From positions 15,874,001 through 15,938,000 of the forward strand of contig NC_087437.1 in the NCBI RefSeq assembly GCF_036321535.1: a stretch of DNA of 64,000 nt, given 5' to 3'. A model generated the notes under the pieces. The model made no database searches and was not told the origin of the DNA. It saw only the letters and a program-made list of their open reading frames with translations. This DNA is from Camelus dromedarius (Eukaryota). Below, piece by piece: positions 13,338 to 26,269 of this stretch. How positions within the stretch are numbered: position 1 is the first letter of the stretch; every line of letters begins with the position of its first letter. Position numbers and translations under genes: made by a program.

Positions 13338-13749
13338 GTGAGTGTCAGATCATCCATCCTTCAACCTCACTGGGTAGTTGTGGGGCCAAGGACGGCTTTG
13401 GGGAGCAAAGCCTGATTTGCCCCTTTGGGTGGTGGAATACAGGTGTGAGTCCACCGCCCATCCACAGAGGCGACAGCAAGGCTCGTCATCCTGAGCGGCT
13501 CCCTGGTGCGGAGATGCAGACCCTCTCTGGATGCAGCCGTCCAGGTGACTAGGGTGTGCCTGTGGGACTGGGGCCAGTGGGCACTCAGGCAGACAGACAT
13601 CTGTGTTGCCCATGGGACCACAGAGAGGGCAAGGGCTTGAGGAGGGGCTGGAATTCAGAAGGGCGGAGGCTCTCTTTCACCTGAAATTGCCTTAAAGCAA
13701 TGTTCTGGATTCATTAGTTCACTGGCCAGACCCTGTAGCTATAGAGATG

Positions 13750-14470
13750 AAACAGTCTGGAGGAGCTCATGGCCTCCAGTGGGATCCACCATGTTCATGA
13801 ATAAGCTGAAGTACATCTTTGTAGCAGTGGAAAGATGACAGGCAGGTGTGGGCACAGAGCTGGGAGTGAGCACTTCGGAGGGAGACAAGAAGCCTTTACC
13901 AGGAAGGTGCGTGCAAGGTGGGTTTTGGAGGGTGAGTAGGAGTTTGACAGGTAGTGACTGGAGAGTCTGGAAACTCCTCCCAATAGGAGGAATAGCTGGT
14001 TGAAAAGGATAGGGTCATGAAAAGATGTAAGAGGCAAGAGTCTGTGTGTCTGGAACATGGCAGGGTGTGGGCAGCGCTGAGATGGGGCTGGGGTATGGAT
14101 TGGCCGTGGTGGGTGTGCAGCACTGGAACCGTGCTGCTGAGCTGGCAGTTTGGACTTACCCTCTAGGGAATGGATGGGTCCTGGGCAGAAGAATAAAACA
14201 GGCAGGCTTGCCGACAGGATTGTAGAGAACAGTTGAGAGAAAGGCGTTTAAGAGGCTCTTGCAGCTGTCTTGGGTGGGTCAGAAGAGGGGAATTAAAACG
14301 GGATACTCAGACAGTTTACAGGAAACCAAGGGGGAGGCATTGGCAACATTTGGCAATGGATGGGCTGTGGACGGAGCAGGGGAGGAGTTTAGAATGAGAT
14401 TCATGTCCCTAGCTTGGGTGCCTGGCTTGTGGTGGGGCTTCATCATGAAGGGAGAGGGCAGGAGGAGGGC
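13750..14470 (-). mobile_element. Degraded L2
   Basis: ggagctcatggcc…ggttttggagggtgagtaggag…ttggacttaccctctagggaatgg; purine-rich antisense L2 pattern. Confidence 0.55.
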
Positions 14471-14618
14471 ATGGACTCTTAATCCCAGGAAGGGGTGAGG
14501 TTAGCAGGAGCAGGATGGGCTAGGCATGCCTCCTCTCTCCTTCTCTGCCTTTGATAACCTCCAGCCCAGGACCCAGTGTGGCTCTGCACCCCAGGGTGCA
14601 CGTCACAGCCAGTCCTAA

Positions 14619-15135
14619 CGTTACTGAGTCCAAACTCATTCTGCTTGCCGCATGACAGGCCAATAAATTGGGAGACAAGATGTTGGGGCAAGGAATAATG
14701 ACTTTATTTGGAAAGCCAGTACAGTGAGAAGATGGGGGACTAATGTCTTAGAGAACCATCTTACCCAAGTCAGAATTCAGGCTCCTTTTACACAAAAAGG
14801 GGAAGGGGTGTGATTGGTTGTTGCAGACTTCTTGGTGTCAGAATCCTTTGTTCTCCCAACTGTCCACAAAGGTGAGGTCATGATGTTCCTGTAAACTTCC
14901 AACAAGACACATGTTATTCTCAGTTCTGCAACTTTTTATCTCTATGTAAAGGGAAAAGTGTTCTACCCTTAAAGGTCAGAGCCTTAAGAATGGGCTGTCC
15001 TGTGTATTTCAGGCTCTAGGCGACATTCTTTTACAAAAGGTGCAGAACCAGCATGACTAAGCACAGGAAACAGCACAGGGTTAGAGCTGAAGGAATAGCT
15101 CTAATATGGAGTTGGATTTATTCTTCTCTATTACG
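14619..15135 (-). mobile_element. ERV1 solo LTR, cetartiodactyl MER41-like
   Basis: gttactgagtccaaactc…caggccaataaattgggagac…gcaaggaataatgactttatttggaaagccag resembles the MER41_BT/SS-type LTR end; AATAAA on the minus strand near 14704; imperfect 4-bp TSD ctaa/ctga. Confidence 0.7.
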
Positions 15136-16339
15136 CTGACACGCCCAGTTCTGCCTCAGGGACGCTCGGATTCAGGGCCCAGGGCAGGATGTAGCCCCAC
15201 CCCTGCATTCTCCCCTGAGTTTGAACTTTTCGCTGCCCCAGGGGCAGGCATCCCATCTTGGGGCAGGATGGCGAGGTCGTGGATGAGCTGTTCCTCAAAG
15301 CAGGGATGGGAGCAGGAGCAGATCCTGCCCGCTCTGACAAAATCCAAATCCTGCTAGGAACACTGGGCAACTGGGGCACCCTACCCACTCCCACTCGGGA
15401 CTTTATGCAAAGGTGATGGGGCGACAACTTCTCAGGTGGCCTGCATATTAAGAACTTGCCACTCTTAAAAATCACGTGATTGTTTAAAGGCTTGCATGCT
15501 TTCTCACAAGATATCGACATGATGTATGGTTAATTTTTCCCTTGATTTTTGTACACACCACCTGTCTTCTTTAAACTTCTGATCTCCTTTTCCAGGGAAA
15601 ATTGTCCTTTAGGGAAACATTCAAAGTCAAATAATGCCCTTTAGAGACAGTTGCTTGGTGGCCTATCCCCAAAGCTCTTCTCGCAGGGACAGAGAGCCGG
15701 GTAGTTTCCTGATGCCCTGAGCAGTTTCTGAGCCTGTCTGCTTCATGGCAGGAGGGTCAAGCTGGCCCTTGGCCTGGGCGAGAGGGCCGATCAAGGACTT
15801 CGCTTTCATCCAAGCCCTCTCCCATCTCCCTCTGTTCTTATCCCAGACAGTTGCCTCTGATTCTGTGAACACACAGGTGACTCCCAAGTTTGTCCCTAGC
15901 CCAGATCACATATCCACCTGCCACGTCTTTCACTGGCTGCTCAATGTGGCCTGAGCAGAATTCACCCTTCTCTCCTTCCCCCACCTGCACACGTGGGCTC
16001 CAACTTAGCACATCGTGAAGGCCAGAAACCAGAGCCGTTCTTGACTTCTCCTCTCTCGTCTTCGGTCCTCAGCTCACTCGGCCCATCCTCAGGCTGCCTT
16101 CCTTGTGTCCCCAGCCACGCTGGCCTCGCCATCACAGGTCATCTCAGGACCAGGGAGCTTTTCTCCATGGTTCTCTTCACAGCTGCCGATTTCACATCTC
16201 TGTGTGTCAGTACTGGACCCATCACCACCCCTCTCCCACTTTGACCATACTGTGACCTCTGTGGTGACCAGGACTCTGTATCTTTGTTCACCATCGGAAA
16301 CTCACATCGAGTTCATTACCTAACTCAGTGTGTATTTGT

Positions 16340-16880
16340 TGCAAGTTCCTGACTTGAGCAAGTGGATGGCAGATGGTGTCATTCCTGGAGATGGGGGACA
16401 CCGGAGGAGGAGCACGCTTGGGCTGAAAGAGGCTGAGTTCAGTAGTGACCTGTTGAGTATGAGGTGCTTCTGGGGCACTCTCGGCAGGGGCGCCGTCAGC
16501 TTTTGACTCAAGGGCAGTGGAACCAGAAGGCAGCCCCACGTGATGGGAGGCAAGCCCAGGGTATGTCTGCGGTCTCCCAGGAAGAGTGTTTGGAGGGAAA
16601 AGAGGTGAGAGCTTTGGATAGGTAACTTGATCGGAGTGTCAGGGAAACAGGAGCCAGAAAGGGAGATGAGAAGTGGCCTGGGAGGTAGAGAAAACCAAGA
16701 GGCAGTCTTCTCACAGGAGCCAAGGGAGAGTGGGTGAAGGAAGAAGCGGGGGCAACAGTGACAAGTACTATTGGCGTTGACTGTTTCCACTGCGCTTGGT
16801 TACAAGGACCCTGTTGGTGACCCGTGTGGATGCTTTCAGAGGGACCAGAAAGCAGGGCTTTGAAGGGTCAGCGGGAGGTG
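16340..16880 (-). mobile_element. L2 fragment
   Basis: cctgacttgagcaagtggatggcagatggtgtcattcctggagatggggg…gagttcagt is a typical L2 segment. Confidence 0.6.
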
Positions 16881-19360
16881 AGGAGCTTCTAAAGGGAGGG
16901 AAGACAGCAGGGGAGCTGGAGGGAACAACAGACTGTGGGCACCTGTGCCCTTCAGGGGCTGGGATTTCTCTTCTATTGAAATGACAGAACAGAGATCAGA
17001 TAGCCTCAGAGAGATGCAGGGTTGGTGACAGAAGCCCTAAAATAGAAAAGTCTTCCAGCTTCCTGACTTCCTGCCTTCTCTCTGAGGTTGGAGGCAAGTC
17101 TCAGAGAGTCAGGGTGGGGAGTTCTGGGTAGCGGGTTTGAGGCTGGTGGAAAGGGTTTGAAGACTCTCTCGCTGCTGGGGAGTTGGAGAGAGGCTGGCAG
17201 GACGTGTTTGGAAGGAACGTGGCTGGGGTAAGGGCCTAGCTGAGGTTGTAGGCTGTGACCCGTGACGGTCCTGACCTGCCGGCCTCTTTCAGGTGTGCCT
17301 GGTCGCGGTGTGGCCGCTGAGTCATCCTGAGTTATGGTTGTGCCAGAATCGCGGACTGGGAGGGTAAGGAGCTGAGGGCTTTGGCGAGAGGAGGTTGGCA
17401 TCTGGCAGCGTGGCATCTGCTGACCAGAAGAGTGAAGCCAGCGAGGACCAAGCATGGTGACAAAGTCCAGGGGCCCAGCTGGAGGTCTCAGCGAGACTGG
17501 AGGAGGACCAGAGGCCGTGGCCTCGCTTCGGGGCTTGGATTTAAGACACACAGAGCACTTCTGGGTGATGGAGGAGTCTGGGGAATGGGGCCAGAGTTGG
17601 ACATCTGAGAAGTCAGGAGGCTGGGTGGGTGGTCCACATTTTCCTGGGATCCAGGGTGGGAGGAGATGGGGATGCCCACCCCAGAAAGGGGGCAAAGGCA
17701 GTTCCTGCAGTCAGGGTACCATGTATGCTTAAGACAGAGAAGGATGGGCAGGTTTTGTTCTGATAGCCTGTGGGTCTCCGAGGAACTGGCTTGACCTCAC
17801 CCAGAAGAGGCATGATTCTGCCAGGGGCCCAGCTGGCATTGCAGTGAACCCTATCCACAGCGCGTGCCCACAGTGAGGCGGGCTCCCCAGGGAGAGGCCG
17901 GGAGACTTCCTTTTGTGGGGTCACCGGGTTTCTTTACCACTGTACTTGAGGACTGCCCACCCACACGTAGCCCGCAAATTGTTTTCAGTTACATGGCTCG
18001 AAAGTGGATCATAATATTACATGTCAAAAACAAAGTATTTATACTCCAATGGCAAAGTGTTGCTTATAATCTAATTGTGGCTTTAATTTAAAGCCTTTAG
18101 GTTTAACCTGAATCAGAGGCCACCTGGTGAGCAGAGGGAGAAAGTAACAAATGCCAGGGAGGGGCTGAGTGCCCACCAGAGAGCATCCTGGAACCCTTGC
18201 CCATGACCCTGCTGACCCCTTGCTCCTCCCTTCCGTTACTTCTCCCAAACCCTTGCTTCCAGCATTGCTTCAAAAGGGCCCTGACCTTCACATGACAGGA
18301 GCTCTGGGCAGTGGGGTTGCTCAGAGAGGTCCCAAGGTCAACACTGAGGCGGGTGGTGCCCAGCCATGGGTAGCGCTCGGGAAGCGCTAGTCTTCGTGGC
18401 TACACAGTCCCCTCTCAGCAGGCCGCCCAGTTTCTGGATGCTGCCTGGCCCTCTCCCCCCTTTTCCTTTTCCCCTACCCTCCCTCCCTGCACCACTCTCT
18501 GTCCTTCAGGTGTCAGCTCTGTTCTTCTTCCCCAGGGAGCCCTCCTGGATGCCCACCCCCACCAGGACTTTGCGGTCGGGCCCCCTCCCAAAGCAGAGGG
18601 CTTGGTGTCAACTTCGAACCTACCATCCTTCACTTTGTGAGCTAAATCTGTGTCGATGTGTGGTTTCTCTCTGAATGGAGAATGAAGTGGCTTCCTCTCT
18701 GTCCCTGGTGCTCAGCACTGGTCCAGCAGGGGCCAAGCTCCAGTAAACGTTTCTTGGCTAAATCAGTGAGCTACTTCCCTGCATCCTCAACCCAGGGTTC
18801 TGAACTTAGGAGATGCTCAGTTTAGTTTCATGGTAGCTCAGCAAAATGTTTGCTGTAACCTCTCAAAACCCAATTGATTTTCAGTAACTTTTTAAAGAGC
18901 TTAATTAGTGATGCAAATGAAGCCACCTCTCCTGAGATGAGTATGAGGGAGGAGACCAGGACACCCCTGAGAAAGTCCCAGTTTGCTTTCAGGCAAGCCT
19001 GAGTCCCCCCGAGAATGAGGCTTATTTGACTTTCTTGTTGGAACCCCAGGCAAGTTCTTTCACTCTCCCAGAGTTTTGCCAGGGCCCACGGGCTGTTTGC
19101 ACCTGGGCCGCTAATGGCCTCTGTGTCTGTGGGACACGTGACCTACCTGTAACATCTACCTGAGTTGTCTCCAAAGGGCGTTCCATGGCCTTCCAGATTC
19201 CAGCTCCGTCTGTACTGCCCTTTGGAACCCCTTGACGGCCTGTGACGTACTCTGTTTACTACTTTAATATTGGCAAATCTGCATCATGGGACATGGGGGT
19301 TGATAAAGGAAAGATGGAAAAGGAGTCTGGAGCCAAGACTGATGAGCCTTCAGGATGAGC

Positions 19361-19546
19361 TGTGTGTGTGTGAGCATGTGTGTGTGTATGTGTCTGTGTG
19401 TCTGTGTATATATGTGATAGTGTGTGCATTTCTGTATATGTGTACATGTGTGTATGTGTGTATATATGTATTGCATCTATATTTGATGCGTATGTGATGT
19501 GTATGTGCATATATGTGTGTGCACGTGTATATATATGTGTGTATAT
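19361..19546. repeat. Compound (TG)/(TA)/(TATG) low-complexity repeat
   Basis: About 185 nt of nearly continuous alternating purine-pyrimidine sequence. Confidence 0.9.
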
Positions 19547-20448
19547 GAAGTTAAATAAGCTGATTTCACCTCATGCCTCTGTAGGCAGGCAGTTCTCAGA
19601 GTTCTGGAAATATCTTAAACGATGGGAGGATTATTGGACTAAGGGGAGAGCTTCCGGGGAGGCCAGCATGAAGGGAACAACACTCATGTGGGTGCCTGTG
19701 TCTGATAAATGAATTCCCCACACGAGGTGCAGGCCCATGTGAGTGGCACCCTGGGGCCTTACCGCACAGCCACTCCTTGTCCGCATGGGGACCCTCCCGA
19801 CCGCCTCCCCTCTCCCTGTCTGCCAGCTCCAGCTGCCCACATCGTGGGAATTAGGACAGTGCGCTCAGGAGAGAAATCTACTTTAGTAACACCCCGTTCA
19901 TTCCAAGGCCAGGCAAAATCAATTGAAATTTATCTGGTCTGATGGATGAGAGGCTTATGGAGCCCCAGTGAAGGTTTCAGGCCTTGGCATCCAAGAAGCC
20001 GGCTCCTGTTCCTGCTCTGCAGCTCCCTGGCTCTGTGGTCTCAGGCCCATCGTGCAGGCTCCTTCGGTCCCTGTTTCCGCCTCTGCTCAGTGGGGTAAAG
20101 GGTGCACACTTGCTCCACATATGAAACAGTGTTGGTAAAACGTTTTCCTGGGTTAGCTCTTAGGAAGTCTTAGCGTGGTACTAACCCTCTGAAGGCCTAG
20201 ATTTTCTCTTTTCTTCCTCTGATGACTCAATCATGCTAATTAAGACAGAAAAGCCTGAGCTAAATTAGGCAAATCCAAGAGACATTTAGCTCTGGGCAAG
20301 ATGATTTTGTGAATGGAGTTGTACGGGTTTTGAGTTTCTGGCCATGCCAGGGGCAGGCAGGCAGAGGAGGGTGGCTTCGTCATCCTTTCTCAGACCGGTG
20401 AGGACCTGGGGGCCTTTGACCTGGTGACATTGCTGGGAGCCATGCTTT

Positions 20449-21005
20449 TGTATCAGTCAGGGCTTCCTGGTGGCTCGTGACAGAAAAGCACAAGTGAATC
20501 TTAAAGGAGATATCTGGGCTCCTGTCACAGAATGATCCAGGGGCGGATGTGGCTTCATGTAGTTCCAGATCCTTAGGATCGATCTCTGTCTCTTCCCATT
20601 CCCTTTCTCCTCTCTCTACTCGCCTTGTGTTGGCTCTATTTTGAGTCTCCTCTTGGTCGTAAGAAGGCTGCAGCAGCTCCAGCCCTTACAACCTCATCCT
20701 TCCACACCCCCTAGGTAAGAGCAAACACCTCCTTCTGGTCCCCCCAGCAGAAGCCCTGGAATTAGCTCTGAATGGGCTTGACTGGCTCAACTTGACTCCC
20801 ACCTTGCCCAGATTCAGTCCCTGAATCCAGGACATGCAAAGTGCTGCATGCTTGGTACTCCCAGGTCCTATGCTCCACTCTTGTGTTGTGCTGAGCCTAC
20901 CAGAAACCTTGGACTGAAAACCTGGAGGGAGTCACCTCCCAGAAGGAAGTGGGATATAGGTACCAGAAAGCTGAATAGGTGCTGGGCAGGGAACACAGCC
21001 AGGCA
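20449..21005 (-). mobile_element. Old MaLR LTR (MLT1J/K-like)
   Basis: Begins tgtatcagtcagggcttcctggtggctcgtgacagaaa; internal aaggctgcagcagctccagcc; ends near ggtgctgggcagg. Confidence 0.6.
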
Positions 21006-24000
21006 CACATCAGTCCTTACAACAGCCCCATTTTACTGGTGAGGAAACGGAGGCACAGAACCGCAGTTAAGTTGCCTCTGGGCACATAGCTAGAAAGTGC
21101 GGGTGCTCACATCTACCCTCCTGCAGCGCGCTCTCCTGCCCGCCACGCTGCATCCTCTTTCCTAGTGAGATGCTGGCCTGCCCGCTGCCGCTGGTGTCTC
21201 CAGAGGGTGGCATCTCCAGAAGGAACTTCCAGCTTGAGTTGGCAAATTCGGGCTCAGTATCTAAAAGGTCTTTTCTCGCAATTCAGGATGCGGGTGATTT
21301 CCTTTCCTGAGCTGTTACCCAGGAATTAGGACTGCTCTCTCCCCGGGAGGGGCCTTGCCTCCCAGCAGGCGGGCCTCTGACCGCCCTCCTCCCTCTCCCC
21401 TCCCCTCCCCTCCGCTCCCCTGCCCTCTCCAGGTAAACCCCTGAGATAAGTCAGAGCTCCCACCCTGGGCCTCCCACCCACTCTTTATCTTTTTCTCTCG
21501 CTACCAAAAGGCCTGTAATTAGGAAACATTAGCAGGCTCAAAACAGCTTTCATACCTGAAACATCCTCTGTAATTGCACTCAGCAGTGCTCTTCCCCGGC
21601 TATTAATGTCACTTTTATGAAGCAATGAGGAACAAAACACCCCGAAGCACTTAAAACATTTTTTTTTTAATATAATACGCGTCTTTTAGGAATGGAAGTT
21701 TAAAATCATCTGCTTGACAGAGACAGTGATAGACAAAGGTCTGGGGGCTCAGGACAGGGCCATGGCGGCGGGGCCCTGGGGAGATGGAAGGCGGTCCAGA
21801 GGGTTCGTGTGTTGCTCTGGGAAGAATGACAGCCTGGCGGGGTGGGTGGGGGCATTGGCTGAGGCTGGTGGGTCCCAGGGGAGGAGAGGTGGGCTGGGCA
21901 AGGGCACTGTTCGGCCTGGCTTCACATTTGTGGTTGCTCCTGTGTCATGGGGCTGTTGTGTGAGCTCTTTTGTGGGATGTCTGTGCCTTTGACGGAGAGA
22001 TGTTTGAAATATGACAGATGACCACTGTCACTGGGCTTCCTATTAATTGTCACATTGAGTAGACTGTCAATGACTACACAGGTTGCAGAAATACACCAGG
22101 TATGACTGTGTGTTTGCTGGTTGGGGAGGGCTGTGGGTGGAGGGAGACAGAGAGTGACTGAGGGAGAGAAGACTCCCTGGCTTGCCATGTTAAAGAAATT
22201 TGGGAGTCGTGGTGGTTCACCAGAACCTTCTGCTTGGCAGATTTATTTTCTTGCTCTTGGAAATGGCTCACAGACTCATTCATCAGCAGAGCAGGAGATA
22301 TTTGTGTCTGCAGAATCTGGGAGGGAACACCACAGGTCACCCAGACCCCCTTCTCCCTCTCAGAGGCAGGCTTAACCCTCATCTGGCCGGACAGACAGGT
22401 GTCTTTTCTCTAAAATCTTCCCGAGGAAGGTGGTCCCCCTGAGCCTGGAAACCATTCTGCTGGGATGTGAGTCTGGAGGACCAACTGCCTCATGACAGCT
22501 CTTCTCAGGCTGAGGTGGCCCTTGGGGCCCTGGAAGGAAGCAGGTGCCCAACACGGGCAGTGGGAGGGAGCTGAGGGGGTCCACAGGGGATCGTTGTCCT
22601 GACAGCCTGAACTCACAGCTCCTCACTGGTCTCCTTGGTGAAGGAAAGAAGTGTATTATTGGGGAGGATGGAGCATTTGAAGGGAAGCGAGGCAGAGTTA
22701 AGAGGCCTGGAAAAGATGGAGAGGAGGAGAACGGATGGAGACAGGATGGGTCAGAGTGGGCAGAAAACAGATGGTTCAGGAAGGGCTAGTCTGGCTTCAG
22801 TGGGAACAGGGCAGCACTGGGATATACCTTCAGCCTCACCTCCAGCTCAAAGTGTTAGAACCGTGTGGCCTACATCCCAAGGTTCTTCCGGTAGCATCAA
22901 GGGGCAAGCCCAGGGTTTGGAATCTAATGTGCTGGGTCTATTTCCGTTTTCCTCTACGTTCTTTAGCTTCTCTGAGCCCATCTTCTGCCCCTATCACGAG
23001 GGTAATGGAAGATGGTATTTACACAGTGGTTAGCAGCATACACTGTTTACCTTCTTTGTAAGCTCTAGAGCTCAGTCCACACCATTTGCCCTGTGACTAG
23101 TCCTGGTGGTTCCAGTGACTCTTGCTTGTGGGACTGACCTTGGGTGTGATGAGAAGGGAACTGAGGAGGGGGACCCTGAGATGCGAGGTCAGCTTTCCAG
23201 CCTCTCTGTTAGGCTGGGGCTCGTGCGTGAATGCCGTCAGAGGTGCTGTTACTGACAGTGCGATTGTTAGTAACAGTGATCACTGCTGCTGCTCCTCGTT
23301 GCTGTTAATTCGGTGCCAGCGGGGCACCAGGCACTGACATCACTTGTATCACCTCGCCGAGTTCTCACCAGGACCCCGCAAGCTGCGTGGTATTTCTCCC
23401 ATCTTACAGTGCATCTTACTGGTCCCAGGCCTGTGTGACCACAGAGCTCACCCTTGTACTTCTGTCCCTGGATGAGTGTGAGAGAGGGATCCCAGAGTCA
23501 CAGATTATTGAGAAACCGGAGAACAGGGGTAAAAAGAGACAAAGGTTTCCCAGTTTTCTACAAAAGGAAAGGATTGGTTTGAAAGCCCTGTGCCAGGAAT
23601 TGCTTTTTAAAGCAAGCTATATGGGGAGGGGTGGGGCAGGCGCTTTGTGGAGTTTGGAGGCAGAGAGTAGCAGGTCCAGGAGGAGACTTAAGGGGGCGGC
23701 CCTGCTCCCAGAGCAGGTGAGGCCTGGCCAGGGACCCAGAGCGGGACACAGGTGGTTCCTGGGGTGGGCCAGCTCCGGGGTGATGGAGGAGCCTGTGGTC
23801 AGCTCCCGCCCCCAGGGCTTGGCAGATGCTCAGGAAATGAGGACTCCGGGGACAGGAGAGATGGGAGGGGCCTCCGTGAGCTGCTGTTTCCCGTCCAGCC
23901 GACTCCGTGCCAGTTCTGCTGAACCAGCCCCTCCTCCATTTGCGGTGCTCCTCCGCTGATAGGATAGGGGAGTGTCTAGTCATGACAGCCTCATCTCCAT

Positions 24001-24481
24001 GCATCTGTCCCCGCTCTTCCTGGTAGAGACAGGCACATCCAGCACATTTCCTGGTGTCACAAAGGACAACTAGCTTGAAAGATGTTGGAGTCCAGATTCA
24101 GGCTTGCCTTGCTGAGTGAGAGCTGTGCCTTCAAACTGACATGGTCAGTGGTAATGGTCCATGCTTGCGTTTAGGTACAAACAGGTCACTGTGGGCAATA
24201 AGTCAGGGGTGACCCAGGTGGGCAGTGCCTCTGGTGGTGGGGGCTTGCGTGTGGCTGGCTGCATGTTCACGAGGACTGATCACATGATGCAGGTGCAGAA
24301 AAGGCTGGACTGAGTTGGTGGTATTTGGAGCAATCCAGGTGCAAGTCATGGGGCACGGTGACCCCACTGTGTGCTGTGCTGGCCTGAGCACATCTGTTAC
24401 AATGGGCTTATTCTGGGAGCCGAGTTTTTAAAGGAACAATGGAGAACTTGGAGTGCGCCTAGTGGGAGGTGGTACCTGGTA

Positions 24482-24639
24482 GGGGTGATGCCTACTTGGG
24501 GGGTGATGCCTAGCTGGGGGGTGATGCCTAGCTGGGGGGTGATGCCTACTTGGGAGGTGATGTCTACTAGGGGGGTGATGCCTACTTGGGGGGTGATGCC
24601 TACTTGGGAGGTGATGCCTAGTTGGGGGCTGGTGCCCAG
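24482..24639. repeat. 18-bp G-rich minisatellite, 8 units plus a degenerate unit (GGGGTGATGCCTACTTGG)
   Basis: Directly visible; translates as (GVMPTW/GVMPSW)n in the ORF track. Confidence 0.95.
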
Positions 24640-26269
24640 AAGGAGGGATGCCTGGTCACGATGGCCAGTGATCATGTCATTTAAAGAATGTTGGTAGACC
24701 TGGGAGCCTCACCCCAGAGACAATCTGTAGTAAAGTCCAGGCGGCAAAGGCATGAGCTCCAAGTCCTTCCCAGGCTTCCCAGGACCAAGCTCCAGCAGCC
24801 ACAGTCCCAGGAAAAAGTCCCCTGAAGTGGGTCACACTACAGTGGCCACATTCCCACAGTTGGGGCGGAGACAGGATGGAGGGGGAGTGTGTCGCCTTCC
24901 CAGGCCAGATTTGATTTTCCTGCACCCTGAGAACAGGAATGATGCCAAGAGCTCTGCTAGGAAGGCCAGTCTCTTCCTCCCCCGTGGCTTGCTCCCTTGT
25001 CTCCAGGACGGCTCCAGCAGGCCACAGCCAGCCTGGCTCATGTGCAATCAAAACTCTGCACTCATGGGATGAAGAGCCCGTTTCCTCCGCCTTGGTGGAA
25101 GAATGGAAAATGCCATCAGTCTCTTCCAGGGGTAACTGCTCCCAATCAAAGGAGCCCAGGTCTGTCCGGGCAGAGCAGTACCAGGCTGGTGGAGTCGGGG
25201 GCCCGCTGCTCCCACCCCTTCCTCGTTCAACAAGGCCTTGTTGGGCAGCAGCAAGGACCACATTCAATCGACAGCTTAAGATAATCACATGTGTGAGGCA
25301 CTGGGATAATGACAGCTGAATACCCTGCCACGGTTGCCATAGTGACCAGCCAAGCACTGCTTTGGTTCCCTCCTTTTTATTTTTTTTCCTTTCTTGTTTT
25401 CTGGGCCTCCTTGTTATGAGGCTGGCTGGTGGGGTGGGGGCATGAGTTTGGGAAATGGGAAAGAGGAGGGAAGCAGGAGGGGAGACCCAAGAGGGGCAGC
25501 CCATTATCCGCTCTTTAAATACCCCAGCTGGAGGTGTTTTAAATCTCAACAGAGACAGAGAGAAACAGTGTCTTAATCCTCAGCTCCCTGTGAATTATTT
25601 AAAGGGATCTTGTCAGAGGGATGAATTTGTCACTGTTTCAGTGTCAACAGCAGCAGCAGCTGTCATCAGGGCTGAGGACCCCACTCCAGGCAGGGCCTGG
25701 TACGATATGCTGCTGCCTGGTGGCGGTTGCGGTGGCCCGGGTGCTGCGGACAAGGAGCCCCTCCCGAGGCACAAGCCTGCAGTGTTTTCCCTGGCGTGCT
25801 GGCGGAGACCCGGGTGTGAAATGTGCCAGGAGGCAGAGATGCGAGCCATCTGGACCTCGGGCCGGGCAGGCTGGCCTAGCTCTACTAAGGGGGCTCCCAC
25901 GGCCAGGAGCATGGGATCTCCAAGTGGAGAGGGGTGCTCACTGGCTGGAAGTAGGCAGAGCATATACCCAAGAGAGGGCACCCAGGCCAGCACCCCGGCT
26001 ACCCACCCACCCACCCACGCACTCTCAGGCATGCACATGCATGCACACATATGCACACAGACGTGCATGCGTGCACACTCCGAAGATGATGCACAGGTGC
26101 GGACAGCCAGACAGGAGGGGGTCGTAGGTCATACATGTCATGGAAGGAGGGCAAGACTTTCAAGGAAAGAAAGATGCCTGGTGCTCAGAGAGGCTCAGCC
26201 CGCGTATCTGGAGGGCTGATGTCCAGAACAGCTGACTCACCGGGGTCTCTTATCCTGGTTGAAGTATTT

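Noticed and set aside
24482..24639. CRISPR-like or repeat-protein (GVMPTW)n reading of the tandem array
   Set aside because: Units are contiguous with no unique spacers and there are no cas genes; this is a eukaryotic minisatellite, and the peptide repeat arises only because 18 is divisible by 3.
24677..25549. 290-aa antisense ORF
   Set aside because: Non-ATG start, runs through a T-rich low-complexity tract, no recognisable protein similarity.
25455..26219. 254-aa ATG-initiated ORF
   Set aside because: Crosses (CAG)n and (CACC)/(GCAT) simple repeats; no domain or exon structure.
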